Positions 18,521 to 28,277 of a DNA stretch of 64,000 bases are shown here, in pieces. The stretch's first letter is position 1, and each line of letters opens with the position of its first letter. This DNA is from Planctomycetota bacterium. GTDB lineage: Bacteria; Planctomycetota; GCA-002687715; DRQF01. Made by a program: the position numbers and the translations under genes. The stretch lies in contig DRQF01000120.1 of assembly GCA_011369445.1 (NCBI GenBank), forward strand, positions 847 through 64,846, written 5' to 3'. The notes beneath the pieces are model-generated. The model was not told where the DNA came from, did no database searches, and saw nothing but the letters and a program-made list of their open reading frames with translations.

Positions 18521-20917
18521 TCACTTCCGAACAAGCACGACCCGAACACCCTTTTCACCCGCCGCGACGACCTGGGGAGGCTTCGGCGTCGTCCACCTGA
18601 TGCTCCGCTTCTGGCCGTCCTCGTCGATGTCCGTCTGCGTTGCACGGGCTTCAAGGGTGTATCGGGCGCCGTCCGACACGGCGATCTCGAAGTGTCCTTC
18701 CGCGTCGCTGTACGCCACGCCGCCACCGTTGCGAGGACGATCGGATTCGACGGCACCGCTGCCCGGAACGACTCTCGCTCTCACCCGAACGTGCGAGAAC
18801 GGTGACCCGTCCTCATGGAGCGTCATGCCTTCGATGATGACCTCGCGCACGAGTCGCAACTCCTCCGTACGCTCCTCACCCGCGGCGAGTTCGATCGTCA
18901 TCACCCGTTTCGAAACAGCGATCACGGAATACTTTCCTGCCGGAATGCGCTCGATCCGGAAGCGCCCCGCGTCGTCCGTCCGCGCCTCGAGCTTGCGCAC
19001 CGGACGCACCGAGCCACCGAGCCCCAGAAACCCTCCGCCGCGCCGGTCGGTCGGCACCAACTCCACGAGGGTTTTCGCCATGGCCGTTCCGTCGCTGTCG
19101 TAGGCCACCCCCTTGAACACGGCTCCTTCGCCCAGACGGAGCGTCACCTCGGGAGGCGCCTCGTCGCCGCTCAAGTCCAAGATCTCCCGGCCGGAGGACA
19201 CGAACCGCGGGTGTGTCGCCACCACCTCCACCTTCTTGTGGCGGGGCACGGAGACGAGTTCGAAGCGACCCTCGGCGTCGGTCGTGAAAGGGGTCCCCCT
19301 CCCGAGCACGGACCGGGCCATCGCGTCACGTCCGTCCCCCGACAGGAACTCGATCGTCGCACCAGCCACGGGCGCTCCCGTTCCGTCCACGACTCGCCCG
19401 AGAATCCTCCTCCCCCTTTGCATGACGACATCGACGGCGTCGCGGACCTCCCCCGGTTCAAGAGGTCGATCACGGCCCTCCTTGGTCTTCCTGGTCGCCA
19501 TGAGGCCGCCGAAGAATCCCCCTTTCAGACCGAAGACCGCCCTGACGAAGTCGGGGTGCGAAGCCATGACCATGAAGGAGCCGGCGGGCACCCCCTTGAT
19601 CTCATACCGGCCGTTCTCATCGCTCGTCACGGGCCCTGTCCTCAGGACCGTGCCGATGCTGTTGGGGCTGATCACAGTGACTTCAGCCCCCGCGATGGGC
19701 GTCAGGCTTCCCTCGGCGAGAATCCTCCCAGAAACCGTCGCTCCCCCGACCATGGGGAGATCGACGAGATCGCGTTCGCCGTTCCGGTCCTTCTCAGCGA
19801 GTTGAATGCCAGGGATGCCGCGCTTGTCCGTCGGATTCTCAATCTTCAAACCGTACCCCTCGCTCCGCGCCCCAAGAATCAGGTCGCCCTCCCTGGGAAG
19901 GCCTCGGAGGGAATAGGCGCCGTCCTTGCCGCTCCGCGTCTCCACGTAAGCCGGGAACCCGCGGCTGTCCTTGAATTCGGCCATCGCGTACACGAGAGCC
20001 CCCTCGAGCCCTTTGCCGGTCGACACGTCAAAGACGCGACCGAACACCTCGGCTTCCGGGGCAAGGACATACACCTTCGGTTCCCCCTGGGCTTCACCGG
20101 CCGTCAGGCGAAATTGCCCCATTCCCGTCGCGCCGTAGCCCTTCGCCACGAGGGATCCGGTGTACCGCCCGGGGCCCAGATCCGTGAACTCGAAGCGCCC
20201 CTTCTCGTTCGTGGTCGTCTGGTAGGTGCGCAGAACCCTCAACTGCGCCCGCCCCCGATCGAACAGGCTCACTTGGACGCTCGGAACGGGAAGCCCCTCC
20301 GGGTTATGCACGATTCCTTTGAAGGTGACTGCCGGCTCCAAACGGACTTCCAAACCCGTGACCTCGCCCCCTTGGGACAGTCGAAAGGAATCGGAGAATC
20401 GACGCCCGAAGCCTTCAGCCCGGACCAAGACGGTATAGTCGCCGGGCTCAGCCTGTTGAATGTGGAACACGCCCTCGTCATCCGTCGTGGCCACGGTGAT
20501 GGGGTGGTTGGGCGCCTGAGTGGTGCGAAACAACTCCGCCAAATCGAGTGACATGAAGCTTTCCACCACCGAGCTGCGCAACAGACCGACCTTGGCTCCC
20601 ATGATCGGTCGCCCGTCTTCTTTCTTCAAGACTCTCCCGCTGATGGCGGGATGAAGATCCCTCTCCGCACGCTCCGGATCGGGAGCCCCTTCGGAGCTCT
20701 CCTCTCCATCTTCCGAGATCGCCGACTCCGTCGAGTGGTCTGCGTCCGCACCCCGATGCCGTCGAACCGCCTCGGTCCGATCCGCCTCGACGGAATCCGA
20801 CGTGGTCGCGGGTCCCACCACATCGGTTTCCTCGTCCCCCATGAAGAAGAAGAGAAATCCGGCCACCAGGGCCAAGGCTAGGCCCAGGAGCAACAAGGTC
20901 AGCGGGGAAGCTTTCAT
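18521..20917 (-). CDS. Membrane-anchored protein with carboxypeptidase-regulatory-like repeats, paralog B
   Basis: Same architecture as paralog A with shared blocks PGDYTVLVRA.G.GRRF, TNEKGRF, PEAEVFGRVFD, DRNGER.LVDL. Start MKASPL with AGGAG upstream. Confidence 0.8.
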   Translation of the reverse strand: MKASPLTLLLLGLALALVAGFLFFFMGDEETDVVGPATTSDSVEADRTEAVRRHRGADADHSTESAISEDGEESSEGAPDPERAERDLHPAISGRVLKKEDGRPIMGAKVGLLRSSVVESFMSLDLAELFRTTQAPNHPITVATTDDEGVFHIQQAEPGDYTVLVRAEGFGRRFSDSFRLSQGGEVTGLEVRLEPAVTFKGIVHNPEGLPVPSVQVSLFDRGRAQLRVLRTYQTTTNEKGRFEFTDLGPGRYTGSLVAKGYGATGMGQFRLTAGEAQGEPKVYVLAPEAEVFGRVFDVSTGKGLEGALVYAMAEFKDSRGFPAYVETRSGKDGAYSLRGLPREGDLILGARSEGYGLKIENPTDKRGIPGIQLAEKDRNGERDLVDLPMVGGATVSGRILAEGSLTPIAGAEVTVISPNSIGTVLRTGPVTSDENGRYEIKGVPAGSFMVMASHPDFVRAVFGLKGGFFGGLMATRKTKEGRDRPLEPGEVRDAVDVVMQRGRRILGRVVDGTGAPVAGATIEFLSGDGRDAMARSVLGRGTPFTTDAEGRFELVSVPRHKKVEVVATHPRFVSSGREILDLSGDEAPPEVTLRLGEGAVFKGVAYDSDGTAMAKTLVELVPTDRRGGGFLGLGGSVRPVRKLEARTDDAGRFRIERIPAGKYSVIAVSKRVMTIELAAGEERTEELRLVREVIIEGMTLHEDGSPFSHVRVRARVVPGSGAVESDRPRNGGGVAYSDAEGHFEIAVSDGARYTLEARATQTDIDEDGQKRSIRWTTPKPPQVVAAGEKGVRVVLVRK

Positions 20918-21033
20918 GGTCCTGACTCCTTCTCTACCCATGGGCGTGAACCGATTCGTCCCCCAAGACCCGCTATTCTCGACCTTCGTCCGATGATCGG
21001 GTAACCTCGGGAGGTCATGAGGGAGCGCCGAGG

Positions 21034-21849
21034 ATGAAATGTCGATTCTGGGGAACCCGAGGCAGCGTTCCCGTTTCGGGGCCCCAGTACATGGAATTCG
21101 GAGGCAATACGCCATGCCTCCAGCTGACCACCCAAGGATGCCCCGAACCGATCATTCTGGACAGCGGAACGGGAATCCGAGAGTTCGGCCAGCATTATAT
21201 GACCCACCGAACGGAAGTCGGCGACACGATTCACCTTTTTCTGACGCACGCCCACTGGGACCACATTCAGGGATTTCCATTTTTTATTCCGGCCTACGTC
21301 CCCGGCGTCAACCTGCACATCTACTGCACGAAGAAGGCGAAGGATTTTCTCTCCGGCCAGATGACCGCTCCCTACTTTCCCGTGGGAATGGATGTGATGA
21401 TGGCGTCCTTCCACTTTCATGAGCTGGCCCAGGGCGACGAGATGCAGTTGGGAGACGTTCGCATCCGGTGGATTCCTCTCCCCCACCCCCAGGAATCCAC
21501 GGGGTTCCGCATTGACGACGGCGCACGCTCCCTTGTTTTCGCAACCGACACCGAACATCCCGCCGAGGGGCTCAACGAACAGTTGGTGGGCCTTGCGAGA
21601 AACACCGACGTGCTCATCTATGACGCCCAGTATACGCCCGACGAATACGAGGCAGGGAAACAGGGATGGGGCCACTCGACGTTTCACCAGGGTGCGGAAG
21701 TCGCGAAGGCGTCCGCCGCGGAGCGGCTGATCTTGTTCAGCCACGACCCGAGTCACGACGACGCCGCTTGCCGCGCCATCGAGACCTCATGTCAGGAAGA
21801 ATTCCCCAACACCTGGTCCGCCCGGCAAGGCATCCAAATCGAGATCTGA
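21034..21849 (+). CDS. MBL-fold metallo-hydrolase (phosphodiesterase-like)
   Basis: WGTRGS, GGNTPC, LDSGTG, THAHWDHIQG, TDTEH, GWGHS, SHDP. Confidence 0.9.
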   Translation: MKCRFWGTRGSVPVSGPQYMEFGGNTPCLQLTTQGCPEPIILDSGTGIREFGQHYMTHRTEVGDTIHLFLTHAHWDHIQGFPFFIPAYVPGVNLHIYCTKKAKDFLSGQMTAPYFPVGMDVMMASFHFHELAQGDEMQLGDVRIRWIPLPHPQESTGFRIDDGARSLVFATDTEHPAEGLNEQLVGLARNTDVLIYDAQYTPDEYEAGKQGWGHSTFHQGAEVAKASAAERLILFSHDPSHDDAACRAIETSCQEEFPNTWSARQGIQIEI

Positions 21850-21931
21850 GGCCCGGGAAAGCGCTGATTCTGGACACGCGGGGCAGCCATCGGCCATAAT
21901 GTCCGCGTCGTCAACTCAAGGAAACTCGCCC

Positions 21932-23008
21932 ATGAATCGCTTGGCCGGTCTCATCATCGCTCTCGTTGCAGCCTCGTGCGTCCCATCCACAGCCCAGGTC
22001 TGCATCAACCCCAATGACGTGCTGCTCTCGAATGACAACCTACCGGCCGTGCCCAGCGGTGCCACACCGGTCTCTGTCATCCAGGGCTTGGGCAACGGCG
22101 AAGCCGCCGCAGCCGTTTTCGACACGACGGGACTCAGCACGCAGGGCGTCAAGGTCAATCTCGCCGCCGTGGGGTACATGAACGTGGTGGGAACGAACGG
22201 CATTCAGGCTGCCGTGAACCTGCAGATCTACGACGGCGTCACCTTCGACGCGGCGGGCGTGCCGACACTGGGCTCCCTCGCCTTCGACTACGCCAGCGCC
22301 ACGGGATCGAATCTCCAGCTCACCAGCCACGCCATCAACACGACGGATTTGAGCGCCTTCAACGTCACGGTCACGAGTGGAAAACTCGTCGTGGCCTGGT
22401 CCATGGTCTTCAACACCGGAGCGCCCCAGACGAACTTCGCCACGGACAACAGCGCCATCCAGTTCACCTGCAACCCGTCCGTCACCCCGCTCCAGAAGAA
22501 TCTCATCTTCATCCAAGGCCAAGGCTGGCGGGACGCGGCTCTCGCCACGGTCCAGGGAATTCCCCTGTGCCCCGTCTTCTATTCGGGCAATTGGATCATC
22601 CGGGCCTGCGTCGAACCCATGGTCAACCCCACCCAGATTCTCATCTCCGGCAGTCCGACCACCGCGGGGGGCTTCGTCAACGTGACCTTCAACTCGCCCA
22701 ATCATCCGGGCCAGTTCTATTTCGGCGCCCCCGCCTTCACGGCCAACATGGGCTCGCCCACGGTCTACGGCACGTTCCCTCTCGACTTCGACCCGCTCCT
22801 GCAGGCCTACCTCCAGTTCCCCGTCGAAGCCTCGCAGGTCTTTTTCAACTTCAACGGGAACCTCGGCCCCACAGGCACGGCACCGGGAATCATCTTCATT
22901 CCGCCGACGACGCCGCCTCTCAGCTTCCTCGTCGCCTTCATCGTGATGGATCCGACACTCTCCTTCTTCGAGGGGATCTCTTCGCCCGCCACGATTCAGG
23001 TTCTCTGA
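21932..23008 (+). CDS. Secreted hypothetical beta-rich protein
   Basis: AGGA RBS, signal peptide MNRLAGLIIALVAASC. Upstream TGGACA-N18-CATAAT (21871-21900). Confidence 0.7.
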   Translation: MNRLAGLIIALVAASCVPSTAQVCINPNDVLLSNDNLPAVPSGATPVSVIQGLGNGEAAAAVFDTTGLSTQGVKVNLAAVGYMNVVGTNGIQAAVNLQIYDGVTFDAAGVPTLGSLAFDYASATGSNLQLTSHAINTTDLSAFNVTVTSGKLVVAWSMVFNTGAPQTNFATDNSAIQFTCNPSVTPLQKNLIFIQGQGWRDAALATVQGIPLCPVFYSGNWIIRACVEPMVNPTQILISGSPTTAGGFVNVTFNSPNHPGQFYFGAPAFTANMGSPTVYGTFPLDFDPLLQAYLQFPVEASQVFFNFNGNLGPTGTAPGIIFIPPTTPPLSFLVAFIVMDPTLSFFEGISSPATIQVL

Positions 23009-23020
23009 CTCGATCCCAAA

Positions 23021-23048
23021 AGTCGCCCCCTTGTCACGGGGGGCGGCT
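23021..23048. terminator. GC-rich hairpin downstream of 21932-23008
   Basis: AGTCGCCCCC...GGGGGCGGCT stem; U-tract only on the minus strand. Confidence 0.35.
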
Positions 23049-23065
23049 CCGTATCCAATCCCCCC

Positions 23066-26000
23066 ATGAGCCATCGCTTCGTTCGCGGCGGGATTCTCCG
23101 CACCGCTTTTCTTCTTCTGCTCCTCGCCTCGGTGCGAGCACAGGTCATTTCCAAAACCGCGCAGCCGGGTCGCACGGAAGACCGACTGCGCTCGCCGCTT
23201 CGCTCCGCGGATTCGGCGCTGAAGTCGGGAGATGAGCCGGAGGCACGACGCCATCTTCTGAACGCTCTGGCCATCGCCCCGTTCAACGCCGCCGTCCTCG
23301 AGAGGCTCCTCACCCTTGGCGTCAAGACGTCAGCTGGACGTCATCTGTGGGCGCTGCGCCACGCGGCCCTCCTCGTCGATGCCGGTGGCAAGCTCAGGAT
23401 TCCCACGAAGACCAAAAAACTGTTCCCCTCCAAGGACCCCTGGCCGAAGCGACTCGCACTCGCCCGCGCACAGGCCGTCTTCGCCGTCGAACGCCTTCTC
23501 GGCAAGAAGACACCGAACGGCCGGGGAGCGGATGCCTCCAACCTACTGCGAGCGTGGGCCGCGCCGCTCGTCCGGTTCCTCCTCGAGGATTCTCCCCAAC
23601 TTCTGAACGCGCAAGCCCGCAGGCTGAACGAAGCGCTCGCAGTCACGGTCCCTCATCGTTCGCAGGTGATCGACGACCTTCTCGCCGTCGCTGAAAACCC
23701 CAACGACCCGGAAAGCGCTCTCGAGGCAGGACGTATTCTCAGAGGATTCGCCAGCCAGGCGGCACAAAAGGATCTTGAGGGCCGGCCCGCTCCCAAGCTT
23801 CCCACGCGACTCGCGCAGCGCGCCGCGGCCGCGGTCGATCGATCGCGCAAGGTGTTGGCCGCGGAGGATGGCGCACCGCTGACCGTGGAGAAACTGAGGG
23901 CCATGTCCCCCGCGGAGCGAGACGCATTCACCGCCGCTCACGCCACGCCCGCCCACCCCGGCCGAGCTGTTTCTCCGAACGGTCTCTACCTCGTCGAGAC
24001 GCCCTGTGGGTTCGAGACCCTCCTCGGCGTGGCCTCGACCATCGAGAAGCATCACCGGCGGTTGGTCAAGTGGTATGGCCGCGACCCCTTCGAGGGACAG
24101 AGTGGAACGATTCGAGTCGTCACGACCACCGACGAGTTGGAGCGCGAAGGCGCCCCCTATTGGTGGGCGGGCGGCTTCCAGGGAGGCGACGTGACCACCG
24201 TCCGCTTCACGGTCAGTTCCATCGAGTCCCTGGGCCATACCCTGACTCACGAACTCACCCATCGTTTCGACGGCGCCCTTTTTCCAGGACAGCCCGCTTG
24301 GCTGGCGGAAGGGAAGGCCACGTGGACGGGAAGCGCGTATGCAGGAACCGACTCCAAGTCCTTCGTCGACAACTACGCCAACTTCGGATCGATGGAGACG
24401 GCGCTGCGAAAGGGCTACGGCAACCCGAAGAAGCTGAGGAAGCTCCTCGAAGGTCACCCGGAGGACTACCGTGACAACTATCCCGTGGGGCACGCCCTGT
24501 TCGTCTATCTGAACACTTGGGAGGATAACGGTGGACCTGTCTTCAGGAAGCGCTTCCAGGAGTTCATGAGCAACCCGCGGAAGATGCGCGGCCAGCCGTT
24601 TCCCTGGTTCACGAATCGCTTCTGCGACGGGAAAGACGGGCGACCGGAAGACTTCGACGCCTTCGCCGAAGGCTTCGCCAAGTTCATTGGTGGCTTCTAC
24701 TGGCTCAACAGAAAACCTTGGACCGAGCGCTACGCCGCACGGGCCGGCAAGAGCCCCCCGAGGCCACGGGTCTACGATCCCCCCACGTGGCCCACGGACC
24801 GCTCTCGGGCCGAGCCCTTTTTCGGAACCGGTCACGCCGCCGCCGCCGCCCGACTGTTCGACCGCCTGGGCAACAATGACGCCGCATTGCGCGCCCACCT
24901 GTTTGCCTTCGCCGTCGACGGCCCCGCAGAGGTGCGTTTGGAGCGACTGGCGGACCTTCTTGCCCAGGCACGCAAGGAGCCGCTGGCATGGTTTGCGCGC
25001 ACCCTTCTTCGGCGAGGCTGGCCGGACAATCACGATCGCATTCCACCCATCAAGGGCGCCATTCCCAGCAAGCTCGTGGGTCTCCACCGCCTGCTGGGGG
25101 AGGCGGCGGCGGCCCACCGGGAGATGGGGCTGTCCCGGGTCGAAGCCCGACTGCTGGCCGAGCAGGCGGAGTTCGCGGAGTTTCTCGGGTTCGACCGCCC
25201 GAAGGCGGACATGCGTCCGCCCGCCATGGACAAGGGGGCCCACCCTTACGTCCGTCCGGCGCGCGCCCTCGATCTCTACGGGTGGAAAGAGGACCGCCTC
25301 GTCGGATACGACAAGTTCCGTGTCAAGGGTCTGTGGTACGTCGCCCGCGACGGGACGCTGCACGTGGGTCGCAGAAAGCCCCGCAAGGCGACGGGGAGCT
25401 TCGATCCTCGTGCGCACGAACGGCAGATTTTCGTGCGGACGCCTGTTCCTCTCGACGGTGTGCGGTCCCGCATCGAGCTGGACATCCGGTTCACGACCTC
25501 ATTCGTCTCCGGAGCGGTCATCTTGGGATACGAACGGCGAGACCGCGCCATCACGTTTCATTTCACGGCGGGCGACTACATGGTGGGGATCGGGCAGAAG
25601 AAGTCCCCTCCCGCCTTCGAGACCGTCCGATGGTCGCTGCGCGGCGGATGGATCCGCGAAGGAGGGCTCCGCCGGGAGGCCCCCGGGGGACGCTTCGAGT
25701 TCGGCGGTGCGAAGCCCAACTTTCATCTCCGCCTGGACCTGGACGGCGCGGAGGTGGCGGCCTACATCGACGGCAGATGGGTGGGCACCTACCGCACCGG
25801 GGACGGACGCCCCATCACGGGCCCCCTCGGATTCGCCACCAGCTTCGGCGCCTTCGCCGTCACCCGTGCGACCCACCAGCGCTTCGATCGCTATCGAGCG
25901 CTCGGGTGGCCGAATCCCCTCCCCGCCGGGCTCGATCTTGCAAAGGACGGCACGGAGACGATGGATCGTCTCCTCAATCGACGGGTGAAAGGGCTCCCTT

Positions 26001-26413
26001 CTTCGCCCCAGGGCGCCCTCGTGATCTGGATCCCCAGAACCGAGGACGACGACGGGGAGTTGGACGTACGGGACATTGTCACGTCTGCCCGCTTCACCTG
26101 GGAAGGCATCCGGGCAGACCTGCCTCGTTTCCGTCTCCCCCAACCCGTCTACATGGTCCTTCCGGGTGATCTCCCGGCGGACGCCAGCCAGGAACTCGCC
26201 GCGTCCTTGGGCGCCCCGGACCGCCTCCACTTCTTCAGCCATCATCGACGCCACTACATCTTCGATCTGAAGCGACCGAATATGCCCGCCGACCCCATGC
26301 CGGTTCTCATGTTCATCGACGATGCGGGCTGTCTTCGCCTCGCGGACATCTACGTCGTGGGCAGAGAGGACCTGCCTCCCAACTTCCGCACCTGGTGTCG
26401 AGTCCACCGATGA
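23066..26413 (+). CDS. Large secreted multidomain protein with gluzincin zinc-metallopeptidase domain
   Basis: Signal peptide; TLTHELTHRF...PAWLAEGKA (HExxH plus downstream E); helical/TPR-like segments; ConA/LamG-like beta region (FHLRLDLDGAEVAAYIDG). Confidence 0.7.
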   Translation: MSHRFVRGGILRTAFLLLLLASVRAQVISKTAQPGRTEDRLRSPLRSADSALKSGDEPEARRHLLNALAIAPFNAAVLERLLTLGVKTSAGRHLWALRHAALLVDAGGKLRIPTKTKKLFPSKDPWPKRLALARAQAVFAVERLLGKKTPNGRGADASNLLRAWAAPLVRFLLEDSPQLLNAQARRLNEALAVTVPHRSQVIDDLLAVAENPNDPESALEAGRILRGFASQAAQKDLEGRPAPKLPTRLAQRAAAAVDRSRKVLAAEDGAPLTVEKLRAMSPAERDAFTAAHATPAHPGRAVSPNGLYLVETPCGFETLLGVASTIEKHHRRLVKWYGRDPFEGQSGTIRVVTTTDELEREGAPYWWAGGFQGGDVTTVRFTVSSIESLGHTLTHELTHRFDGALFPGQPAWLAEGKATWTGSAYAGTDSKSFVDNYANFGSMETALRKGYGNPKKLRKLLEGHPEDYRDNYPVGHALFVYLNTWEDNGGPVFRKRFQEFMSNPRKMRGQPFPWFTNRFCDGKDGRPEDFDAFAEGFAKFIGGFYWLNRKPWTERYAARAGKSPPRPRVYDPPTWPTDRSRAEPFFGTGHAAAAARLFDRLGNNDAALRAHLFAFAVDGPAEVRLERLADLLAQARKEPLAWFARTLLRRGWPDNHDRIPPIKGAIPSKLVGLHRLLGEAAAAHREMGLSRVEARLLAEQAEFAEFLGFDRPKADMRPPAMDKGAHPYVRPARALDLYGWKEDRLVGYDKFRVKGLWYVARDGTLHVGRRKPRKATGSFDPRAHERQIFVRTPVPLDGVRSRIELDIRFTTSFVSGAVILGYERRDRAITFHFTAGDYMVGIGQKKSPPAFETVRWSLRGGWIREGGLRREAPGGRFEFGGAKPNFHLRLDLDGAEVAAYIDGRWVGTYRTGDGRPITGPLGFATSFGAFAVTRATHQRFDRYRALGWPNPLPAGLDLAKDGTETMDRLLNRRVKGLPSSPQGALVIWIPRTEDDDGELDVRDIVTSARFTWEGIRADLPRFRLPQPVYMVLPGDLPADASQELAASLGAPDRLHFFSHHRRHYIFDLKRPNMPADPMPVLMFIDDAGCLRLADIYVVGREDLPPNFRTWCRVHR

Positions 26414-27378
26414 AAGGCACCGCGCCGGAATTATCCGTCGTACTCACCGTCGTGGAAGGCCCCACTCAGACCCGCCGCTGCCTCGAGGCGCTGCGGAGTC
26501 AGACCGATCCCCCCGAGATGGAAATCCTCGTCCCCTGGGACGCCTCCATCGCCGAGGTGGCGACATGGGATGAGCCGGGGCTCCGATGCATCGAGATCAG
26601 CGATGCGCCGCCCCTCGATCGACCGGACGACGAGGACACGCGCCACGTCCTCTACGATCTTCGACGATCCGCAGGTCTTCGCGCGGCGGCGGCTCCGCGT
26701 GTTGCGATCCTCGAGGACCGCGGCGTGCCCACTCCGACCTGGGCACGCGCCATGGTGAACACCCTCGATCAGACCGGCGCCGCCGCCGTCGGCGGCGCGA
26801 TACGGTGCGGAGTCTCCACCCGTTGGGCGCGGGCTGTGTATCTGTTGGACTTCGGAGACTATGCACCTTCTTTCGACGAGCATCCCACGGTCTCCCTCAG
26901 CGACACGAACGTGGTCTACCGCCGGGACGCCCTGGAGCGCGTTCGCGGCGCCTGGGAGAATCGGTACCACGAACCGGACGTCCACGGGGCGCTCACGCAA
27001 CAGGGCGAGATCCTTCTTCTTTCTCCCGTTCCCATCGTCGTTCAGCAGCGTACGGACCTGAGTCTCGATCGCGTCCTGCGGGAGCGCGTGGCCTGGGGAC
27101 GCCTTTACGGGTCCCTCCTCGCCCGTGACCGAAGCACGGCCTGGAGGCTTCTGCGGGCTGCCGCGTCGGCAGTTGTCCTGCCGGTGCTCCTCCCCCTCCG
27201 GGTGCTGCGTCGCGAAGGCAAGCGAGGACGCATGGAAAGCGCCTTCGGCCTTCTCCCCTGGCTCTTTCTCGCCGCCGCGGCCTGGGCCATGGGCGAATCG
27301 ATGGGCTTGGGTAGCCCCGCCTCAACTTCGCATCCCGGCGCGACCGATGAACCCCTTGGAGAGGAAAACCCCGCATGA
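26410..27378 (+). CDS. Glycosyltransferase family 2-like protein with C-terminal TM
   Basis: ELSVV...RRCLEAL...EILV, AILEDR (DxD-like), AVGG; ATGA overlap with the upstream gene. Confidence 0.75.
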   Translation: MKGTAPELSVVLTVVEGPTQTRRCLEALRSQTDPPEMEILVPWDASIAEVATWDEPGLRCIEISDAPPLDRPDDEDTRHVLYDLRRSAGLRAAAAPRVAILEDRGVPTPTWARAMVNTLDQTGAAAVGGAIRCGVSTRWARAVYLLDFGDYAPSFDEHPTVSLSDTNVVYRRDALERVRGAWENRYHEPDVHGALTQQGEILLLSPVPIVVQQRTDLSLDRVLRERVAWGRLYGSLLARDRSTAWRLLRAAASAVVLPVLLPLRVLRREGKRGRMESAFGLLPWLFLAAAAWAMGESMGLGSPASTSHPGATDEPLGEENPA

Positions 27379-28277
27379 ACGCCGAAACACCGCCCGGCGA
27401 CGCCCCCGTGCCAGTGCTGACGGTGGTGATCCCCGCCTACAACGAGGAAGATGCTCTCGGCCCGGAGGTCGACCACATCGCGAGCGTGCTTTCCGAGGCG
27501 GGAATCACTCACGAGATCATCGTCGTCGACGACGGGTCCACCGATGGCACGGCGGAAGCCGCACGCACGAAGAGCTGCACACTCATTCGCCTGCCACGCA
27601 ATCACGGCTACGGCGCCGCCCTCAAGAAAGGGATTGCCGCCGCACGGTCGGAGTTGGTCGCGATCACGGACGCCGACGGCACCTATCCGGCGGAAGCTCT
27701 GCCCGAGATGGTCCGCCTGGCGGGGGAATACGACATGGTCGTGGGAGCGCGCACGGGCGGAAACGTCCACATCCCCATGGTGCGTCGTCCGGCGAAATGG
27801 TTTCTCAGGAAGTTGGCGTCCTGGCTCTCGGGCTTCAAGATCCCTGATCTGAACAGCGGACTTCGCGTCATCCGCCGGTCCCTCGTCCGCCGCTACGCCC
27901 ACATCCTTCCCCAGGGTTTCTCCTTCACGACCACCATTTCCCTCGCCCTTCTCTGCAACGGATTCAGCGTCAAGTATCTGCCCATCGACTATCGGCGTCG
28001 CATCGGGGATTCCAAGATCCGCGCGGGACACGCCTGGGATTTCCTGCTCCTCATCCTTCGGGTGATGGTGCTCTTCAATCCATTGAAGGTCTTCCTCCCC
28101 ATGGGCGCGCTGGCATTCCTCGTGGGACTCGCCAAGTTCGTCTACGACGTCACGAAGCAGGACCTCTCGGAGAGCGCCGTCATGTGTCTGCTCACGGCGA
28201 TCCTCCTTTGGGCCATCGGATTGCTCGCCGATCAGAACGCCCGGCTGGGGCTCGACCGAGAAGCATGGCCCAGGTAG
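27375..28277 (+). CDS. GT2 polyprenyl-phosphate glycosyltransferase (DPM-synthase-like)
   Basis: VVIPAYNEE, VVDDGSTDGT, NHGYGAA, TDADGTY, DLNSGLR; two C-terminal TMs. Confidence 0.9.
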   Translation: MNAETPPGDAPVPVLTVVIPAYNEEDALGPEVDHIASVLSEAGITHEIIVVDDGSTDGTAEAARTKSCTLIRLPRNHGYGAALKKGIAAARSELVAITDADGTYPAEALPEMVRLAGEYDMVVGARTGGNVHIPMVRRPAKWFLRKLASWLSGFKIPDLNSGLRVIRRSLVRRYAHILPQGFSFTTTISLALLCNGFSVKYLPIDYRRRIGDSKIRAGHAWDFLLLILRVMVLFNPLKVFLPMGALAFLVGLAKFVYDVTKQDLSESAVMCLLTAILLWAIGLLADQNARLGLDREAWPR

